A stretch of DNA of 52,561 nucleotides, from the IMG/VR virus record IMGVR_UViG_3300045738_001973, positions 1 to 52,561 of that record; one strand, written 5' to 3'. Below the pieces are notes generated by a model, which saw only the letters and a program-made list of their open reading frames with translations, made no database searches and was not told where the DNA came from. A program made the translations under genes and the position numbers. This DNA is from a virus (Duplodnaviria; Caudoviricetes). Each line of letters begins with the position of its first letter. Position 1 is the stretch's first letter. Of the stretch, positions 15,825 to 25,316 are shown piece by piece.

Positions 15825-16805
15825 TCACTTCTTGGTCACCAGCTCCACACTGGTGACCAAGCCCGCACTGCCCGCCGTATGATTTAAGTCATCAATCACC
15901 CAGTTGTGGGCGTTTATCTCTGCTTTAAATCCCGTTAATTCCACCGGTTGGCCATTGACCAGCCCCGGCATACCAGGCGCCACGCTTAGGCTCATGGTGG
16001 CGTCGCCGCGTTGTATTCTTGCCCATTCTGCTTTTGCTGCCTCGGTGGCTTGCTGCGCGTCTGGTAGTGGGTCGCGGATCTGTTTGGTGTAGCCTTCTGC
16101 GCCAGCGGTCACTTTTACGGTTTGGGCGGTGTCGGTGTTGTACCAGCTGGCGGTGGCGCCGGTGAATCGGCTATTGCGGTCGGCGGTTTTGTAGCGATGG
16201 TCTGTGCATTGGTTTTTGTTAATGCTGGCCTGTGGCAAGGCGGCGCCGCTGGCGGTGGCGCCCTGCCCCTTTGGGTAAAATAATAAATAGCCGTTTTTGC
16301 TGGTGGCCACGGCGTCGAATTGCTGGCCAATGCGGTTTAAAAAGGCGCTGTCTGATTCGGCGGTTTGGTTAAGTTGCTGCAGCGCCACGCTGGCAAGGTC
16401 TGGCGCCACTTTGGGTTTAAGTGCGTAACGCTCGGCAATGCTGGCCACTAAATTGCCAAGGGTTGTGCCCGGCTCCCAATGGGTAGAGCGCAGGGTTTTG
16501 AATTCGTCTCTAAAATTGGCGCTGCGAGCGGTAATAATCAGTTTGTCTGGGGCGCCAGAATGCTCTACATCGTCTACGGTAAAGGTGCCTTTGTTGTGCA
16601 GCCCCTGCCCCATAAAACCTAGCTGCAGGGTAAGTTTAGCGCCCTTGGGTGGAATATTTAGGCTGCCGTCGCTGTCGTCTAGCTCTAACACCAACTGGTC
16701 TGCGGTGGTGCCGCTGGCGTCGTGATAACTCACGCTTAAAATTCGCTTGTTAACCTCGCTCGCAAGGGCCACGCCGTTGGCGGTGATTTCATAAACGGGG
16801 GTCAT
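15825..16805 (-). CDS. P2 gpD-like late control/baseplate hub
   Basis: D.L.LELDDSDG..P.KGA.L..LG, QTAESD; position after gpU. Confidence 0.9.
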   Translation of the reverse strand: MTPVYEITANGVALASEVNKRILSVSYHDASGTTADQLVLELDDSDGSLNIPPKGAKLTLQLGFMGQGLHNKGTFTVDDVEHSGAPDKLIITARSANFRDEFKTLRSTHWEPGTTLGNLVASIAERYALKPKVAPDLASVALQQLNQTAESDSAFLNRIGQQFDAVATSKNGYLLFYPKGQGATASGAALPQASINKNQCTDHRYKTADRNSRFTGATASWYNTDTAQTVKVTAGAEGYTKQIRDPLPDAQQATEAAKAEWARIQRGDATMSLSVAPGMPGLVNGQPVELTGFKAEINAHNWVIDDLNHTAGSAGLVTSVELVTKK

Positions 16806-17248
16806 GCTATGTTTTCCGCAAACGAGCTGTTGTTGGTGTTCATGGCTAGGTCGCCAATGGTTTCTTTTTCGCCGGTGTCGTTGCGCACCAGCACCACGCT
16901 AAATTCTATTTTGCGGGGGCTGCCGTCGGGAAAGAAATAGCTGCCAGTTTCATCTACCGAATCAATAAACCAAAATCCCTGTGGTTCGCCGTTGCCTTGC
17001 ATTAGTACCCACGCTTTACCGCTGTCGGCTAGGTCGCGTAGATCTTGCAGGCTTTGGCCGCCACCGGTTAGCTCGGGTGCCAGTGTGCCGCTTAGGGTTA
17101 TACGGTCTTCGCCGGGGCCGTTAAATTGGTGGGCAGGCAGTTGGCCTAGGCGGTTATTGGCCGCCCAGCGCCATTGGGTGCTGCGCTGTTTACGCTCAAA
17201 TGGGAGGCTGCTAATGCTAAAAACAAACATGCCTAACGACATTAACAT
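16802..17248 (-). CDS. P2 gpU-like tail protein
   Basis: MLMSLGMFVFS..QF.GPGED.ITLSG. Confidence 0.9.
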   Translation of the reverse strand: MLMSLGMFVFSISSLPFERKQRSTQWRWAANNRLGQLPAHQFNGPGEDRITLSGTLAPELTGGGQSLQDLRDLADSGKAWVLMQGNGEPQGFWFIDSVDETGSYFFPDGSPRKIEFSVVLVRNDTGEKETIGDLAMNTNNSSFAENIA

Positions 17249-17257
17249 GGTAGCTCC

Positions 17258-19801
17258 TTAGCTGTGGTCGGCATACGACGCACCGCGGCGGCGAGACTTG
17301 CGGCGGTCTATTTCGTCTATGGTTTTTTTCACAAGCTGGTCGGCATTTTCGCCGGGTTGCTGCTGCACATTTATGGTGTATTGGCTGTTGTCGGCAAAGT
17401 GATTTTGGGGCTGCGCATTAGCCGTTATCGGCGGTGTGGCTTGCACCGGCACACTACTTGTTACCAGCGGCGCAGTGGTGTTGTTTGTCACATTATTAAT
17501 GGGGCCGGCAGCGGCAGGCATAGCCACAGCTTCGCGCGTTGCGGGGAAAATATTGCTGTTTTTTGGGTTCGCAAGCGTAGCAACTTGGCTCGGCTCAGCG
17601 CTTTTATCGTTAACTTTAAGCGGTGAGTCTTTAAAAAGTGCTGCGCCTACCTTGCCACCTAGCCAGTCGCCGCCCATGCTGCCAATAATCGAACCAACCA
17701 AGCCGCCAATGGCGGTACCAATAATGGGCACAACAGAGCCAAGGGCTGCGCCAGCGGCGGCACCAGTGAGCGCACCACCAATGCCGCCCACGTCTTGCGA
17801 TATGGCTGCGCCTTTGTTTAGGTTTGCGTCGTCGCTCATCAGTGTAGAGCCAATAGACAGCGCACCAAGGCCTGCACCGATCCACCCCGCTTTACCGCCT
17901 AGGCCTTTGGCTAAACGGCCTAGCTTACCCCCTTTGCCGCCGCCAGCAACAGCGCCGCCCAGCCCACCAGCGGCATTTTGCAGGGCTGCCCGTTTAGCGC
18001 TTACGCCCAAACCAGAAATGGCCACACGCAGCGCAGCAATGGCCATAAGCACCGGCGCCACGGCCAATGCCAAAGCGCCTAAACCGCCCACCAAAATCAT
18101 GGCCACTTTAGTTGCACCAGGGAATTTGTCGGTGAGCCAGTCTAGGGCGTCAATTAATTTTATGGCCGCGCCAGACAGCCAGTTAATAACGGGCAATAGC
18201 TGTTCGCCCAACTTGGTTTGAAAAGCGTCCCAGCGCTGGGCAAGTAGTTGGGTTTTGTTGGCGGAGGTATTGGCGCGGTTTTGAAATTCGCGCTCCATAC
18301 TGCCCGCAAATTTAGAACTGTCGGCCACGGTGTCTAGGGCCTTTTTGTAAACTTCTAAATTACCCGCCAGCAAAGAGATATCGTCGGCATATTCTAGGCC
18401 AAATAGATCGGTAAGCACGCCCGCACGGTTCTGTTTATCTAGCTGGCCTAAGGTGTTTAAAAACTCATCGAGTGCGCCTTGGCCGTTCTGCGCAACCATG
18501 TATTCCATGTCGCCAGCGGATATGCCAATTTCGTCGAGGGCATCTTGAAACTTAGCGCCCTGCTTTGTGGCGGTTTGCAGTTTGTTAAGCATGGCATTAA
18601 TGGCTGTACCGGCGACCTCGGGTTTTTTGCCCAGGGCAATAAACGCATCACCCAGCGCAGCGGTTTGCACGGTAGTTAAACCAAACTGGGTGGCCGTACC
18701 GCCCACACGCATTAGCACGTCGACAATTTCTTTGGCTTTAGCGGCGGTGTTGTCTGAAAGGTGATTTACCGCGTCGCCTAAATTGGTCATTTGAGCAATG
18801 GGAATTTTATACACGTTGCTCAGCTTGGCCATTGATTCGCCCGCTTGCTCCGGCGCCATGTCAAAGGCGGTAGACATTTTGGCGGCTACTTGCACAAACT
18901 CGGGCAAGTCGCTGCGACCAATACCCAGCTGCCCGCCTTGGGCTGCAATGGCGGCCAAACCCTCTTTTACAATGGGTATGCTGCGGGTCATGTCCAGTAG
19001 CGTTAGGCTAAATTCTTTGAACTGCAGTGGCGAATCAAACTCCACCACTTTTTTAACATCGGCCATGGCCGACTCAAACGCGACCGCCTCGGCTAGTGGG
19101 TTTTTTAAGAAATTAAGCGCCTTACTGCCTACGTTACTTAAGCCCGCCGCCACAATGGTGGTGTTAGCTGCTTTTTGCAGGGTTTCATTGTGGGCAGATT
19201 GCGCCGCTGCCAGCTTGCCGTGGGCTTGCGACACCGCCTTAATTTTGGCTTGGGTGCGGGCGTAGGCTTCACCAAGCCGGTTTTGTGCCCCAGTTAAATC
19301 GCGGGTTTCTATGCCTTCGGCTTTAAGTTTGGTGCGCAGCTGTGCGGCCCGCTCAATGGCTAGGCGGCGTTGTTTGGTGGTTTTTTCTAGGGCTTTTTCG
19401 GCGCGCTCGTGCTCGCGTATAAGGGTTTTATTCTCTTTGGCTTGGGCCTTGAGGTTGTTAATGGTTTTGGCGTCTACCTTTACCCCGCTGGCTTTTAGAT
19501 CTTGCAGGGTTTTAAGGTTGGCTTGGGTGATTTTGAGCTGGTCGGCCTCCTTCTCCCGCGCTAGGCGCAGCATTTTTACTTTTTCTGCGGCTTGGCTTGA
19601 GGCGTCTTTGGCCTTTTTAGAGGTCAGTTCGTATTCTTGCAGGCGCGCAACGGCGCGGCGCTGATTACCAATATTTTTTAATTCGTTGCCGGTGGCCGAA
19701 AGCTTTTGGGCAAGCTCGTTGCTTATGCCTGCTAGTCTCTGAGCTGGACCGCTCCACTTATCAACAAGGCTGAGGGTTAGCGCTGTATTAAGATTACTCA
19801 T
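17258..19801 (-). CDS. Tail tape measure protein
   Basis: FESAMADVKKVV; Ala/Gly-rich; expected position. Confidence 0.92.
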   Translation of the reverse strand: MSNLNTALTLSLVDKWSGPAQRLAGISNELAQKLSATGNELKNIGNQRRAVARLQEYELTSKKAKDASSQAAEKVKMLRLAREKEADQLKITQANLKTLQDLKASGVKVDAKTINNLKAQAKENKTLIREHERAEKALEKTTKQRRLAIERAAQLRTKLKAEGIETRDLTGAQNRLGEAYARTQAKIKAVSQAHGKLAAAQSAHNETLQKAANTTIVAAGLSNVGSKALNFLKNPLAEAVAFESAMADVKKVVEFDSPLQFKEFSLTLLDMTRSIPIVKEGLAAIAAQGGQLGIGRSDLPEFVQVAAKMSTAFDMAPEQAGESMAKLSNVYKIPIAQMTNLGDAVNHLSDNTAAKAKEIVDVLMRVGGTATQFGLTTVQTAALGDAFIALGKKPEVAGTAINAMLNKLQTATKQGAKFQDALDEIGISAGDMEYMVAQNGQGALDEFLNTLGQLDKQNRAGVLTDLFGLEYADDISLLAGNLEVYKKALDTVADSSKFAGSMEREFQNRANTSANKTQLLAQRWDAFQTKLGEQLLPVINWLSGAAIKLIDALDWLTDKFPGATKVAMILVGGLGALALAVAPVLMAIAALRVAISGLGVSAKRAALQNAAGGLGGAVAGGGKGGKLGRLAKGLGGKAGWIGAGLGALSIGSTLMSDDANLNKGAAISQDVGGIGGALTGAAAGAALGSVVPIIGTAIGGLVGSIIGSMGGDWLGGKVGAALFKDSPLKVNDKSAEPSQVATLANPKNSNIFPATREAVAMPAAAGPINNVTNNTTAPLVTSSVPVQATPPITANAQPQNHFADNSQYTINVQQQPGENADQLVKKTIDEIDRRKSRRRGASYADHS

Positions 19802-19816
19802 GTGCGGTACCGGGGT

Positions 19817-19999
19817 TTAGGTTGGTGGTTTGCTGCCAGATCGTTCCCGCGCTTTTTGTTCCCACATCACTAAATCAGTTAGCGCCATGGTGTTAAATTC
19901 AGAGGGTGGCCAGTGGAAGATCGTTGCAATATTGGCTATGGCGTCTTCCACTTCGTCGGGCAATGGCGCCGCGGCGCACTGCCCTATTCGGTTAAAAAA
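19817..19999 (-). CDS. gpE' extension reached by a programmed -1 frameshift
   Basis: GGTTTTTTA slippery run (19994-19999); the -1 frame encodes AIANIATIFHWPPSEFNTMALTDLVMWEQKARER. Confidence 0.85.
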   Translation of the reverse strand, partial: FFNRIGQCAAAPLPDEVEDAIANIATIFHWPPSEFNTMALTDLVMWEQKARERSGSKPPT

Positions 20000-20253
20000 C
20001 CCACCACCTCACTGGCGCAGCTCACCAAGTCTTTTACATCCATTTGCGCTATGTCTTGCTCAGTTAGCGCGGGCTCGGTAATGCGTGGCAGCAACACCAC
20101 CAAGCTGTCTACGTCTGAATTAACCAGCATAGACAAACGACAACCGCGCAATGATCCGGTGTCTGGCTTGCGCAGTTTTAGTTCTGCAATTTCTTGCTCA
20201 CCCCGCTTAAGCGGTTTTTTAAGCGTGATTGTTGCTGATGTGTCTTGTGTCAT
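19984..20253 (-). CDS. Tail assembly chaperone gpE
   Basis: LRKP..GSLRG..LLPRITEPALT..VVGFL. Confidence 0.9.
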   Translation of the reverse strand: MTQDTSATITLKKPLKRGEQEIAELKLRKPDTGSLRGCRLSMLVNSDVDSLVVLLPRITEPALTEQDIAQMDVKDLVSCASEVVGFLTE

Positions 20254-20287
20254 GATTCGCCCCGTTATTGCTATTAATTAAAACCAA

Positions 20288-20800
20288 TTACAAACCCAGC
20301 GCAGCGCGTTGCTGTGCAAGGCGATCTACACCGCCCACGTTTTCGATCATGTTAATAACGTCGATCTCGATTAGGGTTTCGCCGTTTACCACGTATTTAA
20401 AATACGCGAGGCTCACATTGCAGGTCAGCATGGCGCTTTCACCGGCTTTGTAGCCGCTGGGCAGTTCTAAACCGCTGTAGCGGCCGCGCATAACTACCTC
20501 AATGGCGTCGGTAGTGCCTGCGGCGCCGTCGCTTACTGCAGCGCCTAAAAAGCGCAGTGGTACGCCGTCGATTTCGCTTATGCCAAATTTACGCAATACG
20601 ATGGCGGCCATTTCGTGCAATTTAAAAGAGGACGTGAGTTTATTCATGCCCATGTCGGTGTCGACCGGCGCATTAAACCCGCCGGGGCGGTACTCTTCCA
20701 TTTTGCGTTCTAGGTTTGGCAGAGTGATTTCGTCAACGATGCCAACAAAGTTTTCACCGTCGGCAAACAGGTTAAAATTCTTAAGCTTTTTGGGCAGCAT
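20288..20800 (-). CDS. Major tail tube (FII)
   Basis: LPKKLKNFNLF..EID..N..GVDRLA. Confidence 0.93.
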   Translation of the reverse strand: MLPKKLKNFNLFADGENFVGIVDEITLPNLERKMEEYRPGGFNAPVDTDMGMNKLTSSFKLHEMAAIVLRKFGISEIDGVPLRFLGAAVSDGAAGTTDAIEVVMRGRYSGLELPSGYKAGESAMLTCNVSLAYFKYVVNGETLIEIDVINMIENVGGVDRLAQQRAALGL

Positions 20801-20855
20801 GGTGTTGCTCTCCGGTGAGGTTTAAAAGGTTTGTGCGCGCCTTAGCGCGCAGTCA

Positions 20856-22361
20856 TCACGCTACTAATTGCACCAAGTAACGGTCGGTAATGGTTTGTAT
20901 AAACGTGAGGTCTTCGAGCGGTGGCACCGGCGTGTAGTCGTAGCTAATGGTGAGTTTGCCAGCGGCTAGCGTCTCGGTGGTGTTTAGCTCTTCGTCAACG
21001 TAGGCCTGTGCATCAACAATGTAGCCGCTGGCTTTTAGGCTGCGGAATTTTGCGTTTATGCCCTCGACAATTTCTTTAATCAGCACTTTGCTCATGGGCT
21101 TGTCCATTGCCCACATGTGCGCGTCAGCAATGGTGTCGGCCAGTATGTCGCCAGTACGGGCGGCCGATTCAAAGGCAAACACGGGGTCATTAGAGCATGT
21201 GCGCGAACCCCAGAACCGAAACCCTGCATTACGAATAATGGTGGTGATTTCGTTCCCGTTTAGGTAGTTGGCGTCGGTGTTGACGTTGGTAAGGTCAAAG
21301 TGCACCGACTTAGAAATGCCGGTAACCCCGTTCACTTCTATGTTTGAGATTGTTTTGTGCCAACCCACTTCGTTGTCTGCCCGGGCGCGAACACCAAGCG
21401 CGCGGGCGGTGGCGGTAATAACCACCTCGGCATTGGCGGTGGTGCTCCAGGCAATAAATTCTGGCCACAACAACATAAGGCGTTTTGAGCCGTAGCTGTC
21501 GCGCGCGGTTACGGCGTCTTCCATGGTGGCGGCGTTAATGTAAGCGTAAGCAAAGGCGCGTAAATCATCGGCCACGCTCACCAGCGCGGGAACCACACCT
21601 GTTAGGGCGTCTAAGCCCGGCACACCTAATATGCGGGGTTTTACGCCCAGCTGGGCTTGGGCGTCTTTTAGCGCTAGCAAGCCAGTGGCTTTACCACCGG
21701 TTACGGTGCCAATCACATTGCTGGCGGTGGCTGCGTCGTCGATGCCCTCGGCCACGCGTACCACCACAACCATGGCGCCAATCTGTTCAAATATCGCGGT
21801 CATGGCAGCGGGTAATGTGCCTAAGCCTTTGCCGGTGCTGTCGAGCTTGGCGGCCTTAGTGCGGTTGCCTAACACCAGCACGGGCGTGTTGAGCGGGAAC
21901 GGTTCTGCTACGCCGCCAGTGAGCGTTACTTTGGCTTCGGCAATCATAATGCCCGAACCGTCTGAACCCGTTGCGTTGGCCGCTGTAATGAGCGTTGAGG
22001 CGTCGCTGGTGAGTATGGCAATAACGTCGGCAGCGGTGCTGCTAATGTCGCCAACGCCGTCGGTGGCTAGGGTAACGGTAATGTCGTTGCCGTCTAGGGC
22101 TACTGCTAGCGCTTCGTCTACGTCGCCGGTATCGACCAGGGTAATGGTAATGCTGTTGCCAGCGGTGCCCGCTGTAGCAGCGGTAATGGTAATGCCGGTG
22201 TCGCTGGCAATAACGCCCACTTGGCCGGTGGCGGCAACAGCCGGTGTGGAATCTGGCGCAGTGCCCACCAGACCAATCACGGCGGTATTGACTGTGCGAA
22301 TAGGCCGCGAGCCCTCGGTTTTTTCAATAATGCGGACGCCGTGGTGGTAGGTGTCTGACAT
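20856..22361 (-). CDS. Tail sheath (FI) with ~100-aa N-terminal insert
   Basis: YHHGVR, GVKPRILGVPGLD, GFRFWGSRTCS, DYTPVPPLEDL. Confidence 0.95.
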   Translation of the reverse strand: MSDTYHHGVRIIEKTEGSRPIRTVNTAVIGLVGTAPDSTPAVAATGQVGVIASDTGITITAATAGTAGNSITITLVDTGDVDEALAVALDGNDITVTLATDGVGDISSTAADVIAILTSDASTLITAANATGSDGSGIMIAEAKVTLTGGVAEPFPLNTPVLVLGNRTKAAKLDSTGKGLGTLPAAMTAIFEQIGAMVVVVRVAEGIDDAATASNVIGTVTGGKATGLLALKDAQAQLGVKPRILGVPGLDALTGVVPALVSVADDLRAFAYAYINAATMEDAVTARDSYGSKRLMLLWPEFIAWSTTANAEVVITATARALGVRARADNEVGWHKTISNIEVNGVTGISKSVHFDLTNVNTDANYLNGNEITTIIRNAGFRFWGSRTCSNDPVFAFESAARTGDILADTIADAHMWAMDKPMSKVLIKEIVEGINAKFRSLKASGYIVDAQAYVDEELNTTETLAAGKLTISYDYTPVPPLEDLTFIQTITDRYLVQLVA

Positions 22362-22451
22362 GGTTACTCTCCAGCGATTTGTGTGTGCAATTTAATCCGG
22401 TGTTATACCCATTTTTGGCTTAATGCCATGCGGGTTAAAGCGAATAGCAGA

Positions 22452-22468
22452 GTAAAGCGGCGCTCTAC
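22452..22468. promoter_or_regulatory. Late-promoter activator site upstream of sheath
   Basis: GTAAAGCGGCGCTCTAC (GTA-N11-TAC). Confidence 0.65.
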
Positions 22469-22487
22469 AGACAGGGCCGCTGGTTGC

Positions 22488-22769
22488 TTAGGCCGAAATT
22501 AGCGCAGCCACGTCGGGGTTTTGCGCTAAAAATTCTTGCAGCTTTACAATTGGGTCTTCGGGCAAAGAAATATCTGGCGAAAGCCTTGGCGCATTAACAA
22601 GGTCCCAGCGCGATCCGTTCCAGCGCGGGTGTTTGCCCTCGGGGATTTCTGGCGGCGGCACAGTAACGCAGCGAGCGGGGATTAAATATTTGCCCGGCTC
22701 TAGCGGTGATTCGTCGGCTGTGGCCTCACCTTGGTACAGCCCTGCGGCATCGTATTGATAAACAATCAT
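22488..22769 (-). CDS. Tail fibre assembly-like protein
   Basis: YQYD..ADESPLEPG.YLIPA; follows the fibre gene. Confidence 0.75.
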   Translation of the reverse strand: MIVYQYDAAGLYQGEATADESPLEPGKYLIPARCVTVPPPEIPEGKHPRWNGSRWDLVNAPRLSPDISLPEDPIVKLQEFLAQNPDVAALISA

Positions 22770-22779
22770 GACTGACTCC

Positions 22780-24174
22780 TTAATATTTAATGCACGCGAG
22801 CAAGGCGACGTTGCGGGGGTGCCCTTCTTGAAAGCCGGAAATTGATGTTAAACCTACATTTGCAGCACCAGAAACCCCGGCTATATGCACCGCATGATCA
22901 CCACCAGTAGTGCTTAATACCGCGGGCTGGTTTGTTGCTGTGAGCGGGTTGGTTTGTGGGTTTGGTTCGCCGCTGTTGTTATTAAATGTGTAGTGCGCGT
23001 GCTCAAGTAAATGCTCTGTTTGAAATGAGCCAAATGGACGACCAACATCAACTCCACGAAAATCATTCCAGCAGCGAATAAATTCCCCCCGCAGCTCTGG
23101 CAAATTAAATGTATTGAAGCCGTCGCCAGCACCAAAGGTAGTGCCAATGGCTGCATACAAGTTGGCATAAGCTGTTCGGCTCACTTGTGCACCGTTGGCT
23201 TTTAGCCAGCCCGTTGGTGCTGTAGCGCGGGCAAAATACGCAACCATGCCCGACGGGGCTTTTTGGTCTGCCTCGGTTTTACTGTATACACCCAAGTTGG
23301 CACGCGACAGCGCAGCATCGTCTACATCTGACAAGTTCTTGCTGGCATCTAGCGGCCGCTCAACAAATCCGGTGGGCTCATTTTGTGCGCCAATAATTTT
23401 GGTGCCCGCGGGGTAGCTTTGACCAAGTATGATGCGCGCAAGGTCGTCTGGCGGGTCTGCCTTTTGCCATTGATCTGCGCCGGGGCCAGGGTAAAGTCGT
23501 TGCTTATCTACATACACAACCAATCCGTTGGTATTTACAGTGACAAAATCCACTTGGGTTTGGCTGTCGGCCAGCGTCTGCTCTTCTTCCACGGTGTTTA
23601 CCGTGACATTAGCGGTGTCGGGGTCTTCCCACTCGGCATCGCCGTCGCCATTTGATTGTTTGCGCAACACTTGGCCCGTGATGCCCCCGGGCGCAACATA
23701 GCCCAAAGTTACATTGTTTAATATCCATGTTTGTGTGGCTACCACCACGCTAGGGTCTACTTGCAGCGTTATAACAGCGGTATTTCGCACCGCAAATTCT
23801 ACCCGCACCACCGTATCCGCAAAGGCGCCGTCGGCGTCGGTAGGTTTGTAAGTGGTGGGTAAATTGCCCACCACCACCAGCCCGCCTTGGTCGTCAAAAA
23901 CCCCCACCTCGCGGAGTGTAAACCCGCCCTCTGTGGCGGGAATAATTAGCTCTACCGTATAGCGCGAGTTATCGTCTGGGTCTTGATACACGCGGTTAAC
24001 CGTGTCGCGGAAACGCTCCCGCACCAAACCGGTTTGGCCCTCTTCTGGGTAAACGTCGTTGCCGTTGCCGTCGCCTACCGCAACCTCAATTAAATTAATT
24101 GGCTCGCCGCTAGCCTCGGCAGCAGCTAAGCGCTCTAAGCCATAGGCGGTGTGAATGGTCATAAAATTGGGCAT
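22780..24174 (-). CDS. Tail fibre protein (gpH-like N-terminus, tail-collar domain)
   Basis: AVGDGNG, GGFTLREVG, GWLKANG..FNLPELRGEFIR, PRNVALLACIKY. Confidence 0.9.
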   Translation of the reverse strand: MPNFMTIHTAYGLERLAAAEASGEPINLIEVAVGDGNGNDVYPEEGQTGLVRERFRDTVNRVYQDPDDNSRYTVELIIPATEGGFTLREVGVFDDQGGLVVVGNLPTTYKPTDADGAFADTVVRVEFAVRNTAVITLQVDPSVVVATQTWILNNVTLGYVAPGGITGQVLRKQSNGDGDAEWEDPDTANVTVNTVEEEQTLADSQTQVDFVTVNTNGLVVYVDKQRLYPGPGADQWQKADPPDDLARIILGQSYPAGTKIIGAQNEPTGFVERPLDASKNLSDVDDAALSRANLGVYSKTEADQKAPSGMVAYFARATAPTGWLKANGAQVSRTAYANLYAAIGTTFGAGDGFNTFNLPELRGEFIRCWNDFRGVDVGRPFGSFQTEHLLEHAHYTFNNNSGEPNPQTNPLTATNQPAVLSTTGGDHAVHIAGVSGAANVGLTSISGFQEGHPRNVALLACIKY

Positions 24175-24250
24175 GAGGTGGCCTCGGTGTAAGCGGTTTA
24201 AATGCTTGTATGGTTACACCTAGCCGCCAATCCGGTGGGGTTTTAGCAGA

Positions 24251-24267
24251 GTAAGTAGTGGCTTTAC
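24251..24267. promoter_or_regulatory. Extra late-promoter activator site upstream of the fibre gene
   Basis: GTAAGTAGTGGCTTTAC; shares TAGCAGAGTAA with the sheath site. Confidence 0.6.
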
Positions 24268-24351
24268 TGGTAAACTATGTTCACACAGCGCGGTTTGGGT
24301 GCGGGCTAACACCGCCAGCGCGGTTTATATGAAACAGGGACGACCACAAAC

Positions 24352-25014
24352 ATGCTGCTATACAAATTCAGATCACTTGAAAACTTAGAATTTGTTTTAG
24401 ATATCATCATAAACGAGCGGCTATATTGCGCACGATATAAGGATCTAAACGACCCGTTTGAAGGGCAGCTGTTGCATGCGACCGAGAATATAAAAATGCC
24501 CGGCTTATTAGGTCCAACTACAATCCGCACCACTAAAGAGCGACGGCTAATCACTGCTGATGATATTAGCCCGGTATTTGAGCCTAAGCGGGTGTGTAGT
24601 TTGTCTAGGACTGCGAACGATGTTCGCATGTGGTCGCTCTACGCCGATAGCCACAAAGGCGTTGCCATAGAAATTGATTTGGATATTGATCACGATCCGG
24701 GCGTTGTCGCTGCATTGCGCGCAGTAACCTACACCAAAACCCTAAGTGAGCGCGGGGGCATAATAGGGATTTACGACGAAGACAACCTGCTTACGATAAA
24801 AACCGACCATTGGCGCTATGAAGACGAATACCGCCTGCTGTGGCATGAGCCCTTATTTTCTATTACCGGCTGTGTAAAACGATTGGTTTTTGGGCCTAGA
24901 GCAGATCAATCTAGGATTGACCTGCTCCGCAAGATGGTGCCTGAACACATAGAATTTGTGCAGGCTAAGCTTGATTATGATGATGTGGCGGTGGTTTTTC
25001 CCTCGTGTGAATAA
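24352..25014 (+). CDS. DUF2971-like protein (moron)
   Basis: LYKFR, LNDPFEG, CSLS, MWSLYADSHKGVAIE, K..HWRYEDEYRL. Confidence 0.8.
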   Translation: MLLYKFRSLENLEFVLDIIINERLYCARYKDLNDPFEGQLLHATENIKMPGLLGPTTIRTTKERRLITADDISPVFEPKRVCSLSRTANDVRMWSLYADSHKGVAIEIDLDIDHDPGVVAALRAVTYTKTLSERGGIIGIYDEDNLLTIKTDHWRYEDEYRLLWHEPLFSITGCVKRLVFGPRADQSRIDLLRKMVPEHIEFVQAKLDYDDVAVVFPSCE

Positions 25015-25255
25015 AAATAAGTCCGCCCCCATTAATCTTATAGAAAAATTGACTGGCGAAGTCACTTTAAAAATAGAGACCGATAAGGCGCTGACGATGG
25101 ATGATATCAATCACCCCACTAATCCGCAGGATTCGAACCTGTACCGACATGCGTTCACAAGCTCGCGCCATCTTGGCCTGATGTGGTGGAAAGTGTGCAA
25201 AAGCCTCCAGCAAACGCATTGCAGCCCTTAATTAGCAAGATTTAGCCGGTACGTG

Positions 25256-25283
25256 TTGCCATTGGCCTGCATGACACTATAAT
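25256..25283 (+). promoter_or_regulatory. Sigma70-like promoter of the Wzy-like moron
   Basis: TTGCCA-16-TATAAT. Confidence 0.55.
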
Positions 25284-25316
25284 CATTCCGATAAAACTTC
25301 CACCTTAGAGATACAC

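Noticed and set aside
17264-19664. Long + strand ORFs opposite the tape measure (also those opposite the sheath and tnpC)
   Set aside because: These are antisense shadows of well-supported genes.
24956-25231. 91-aa ORF between the morons
   Set aside because: It overlaps the DUF2971 gene and has no clear RBS or motif.
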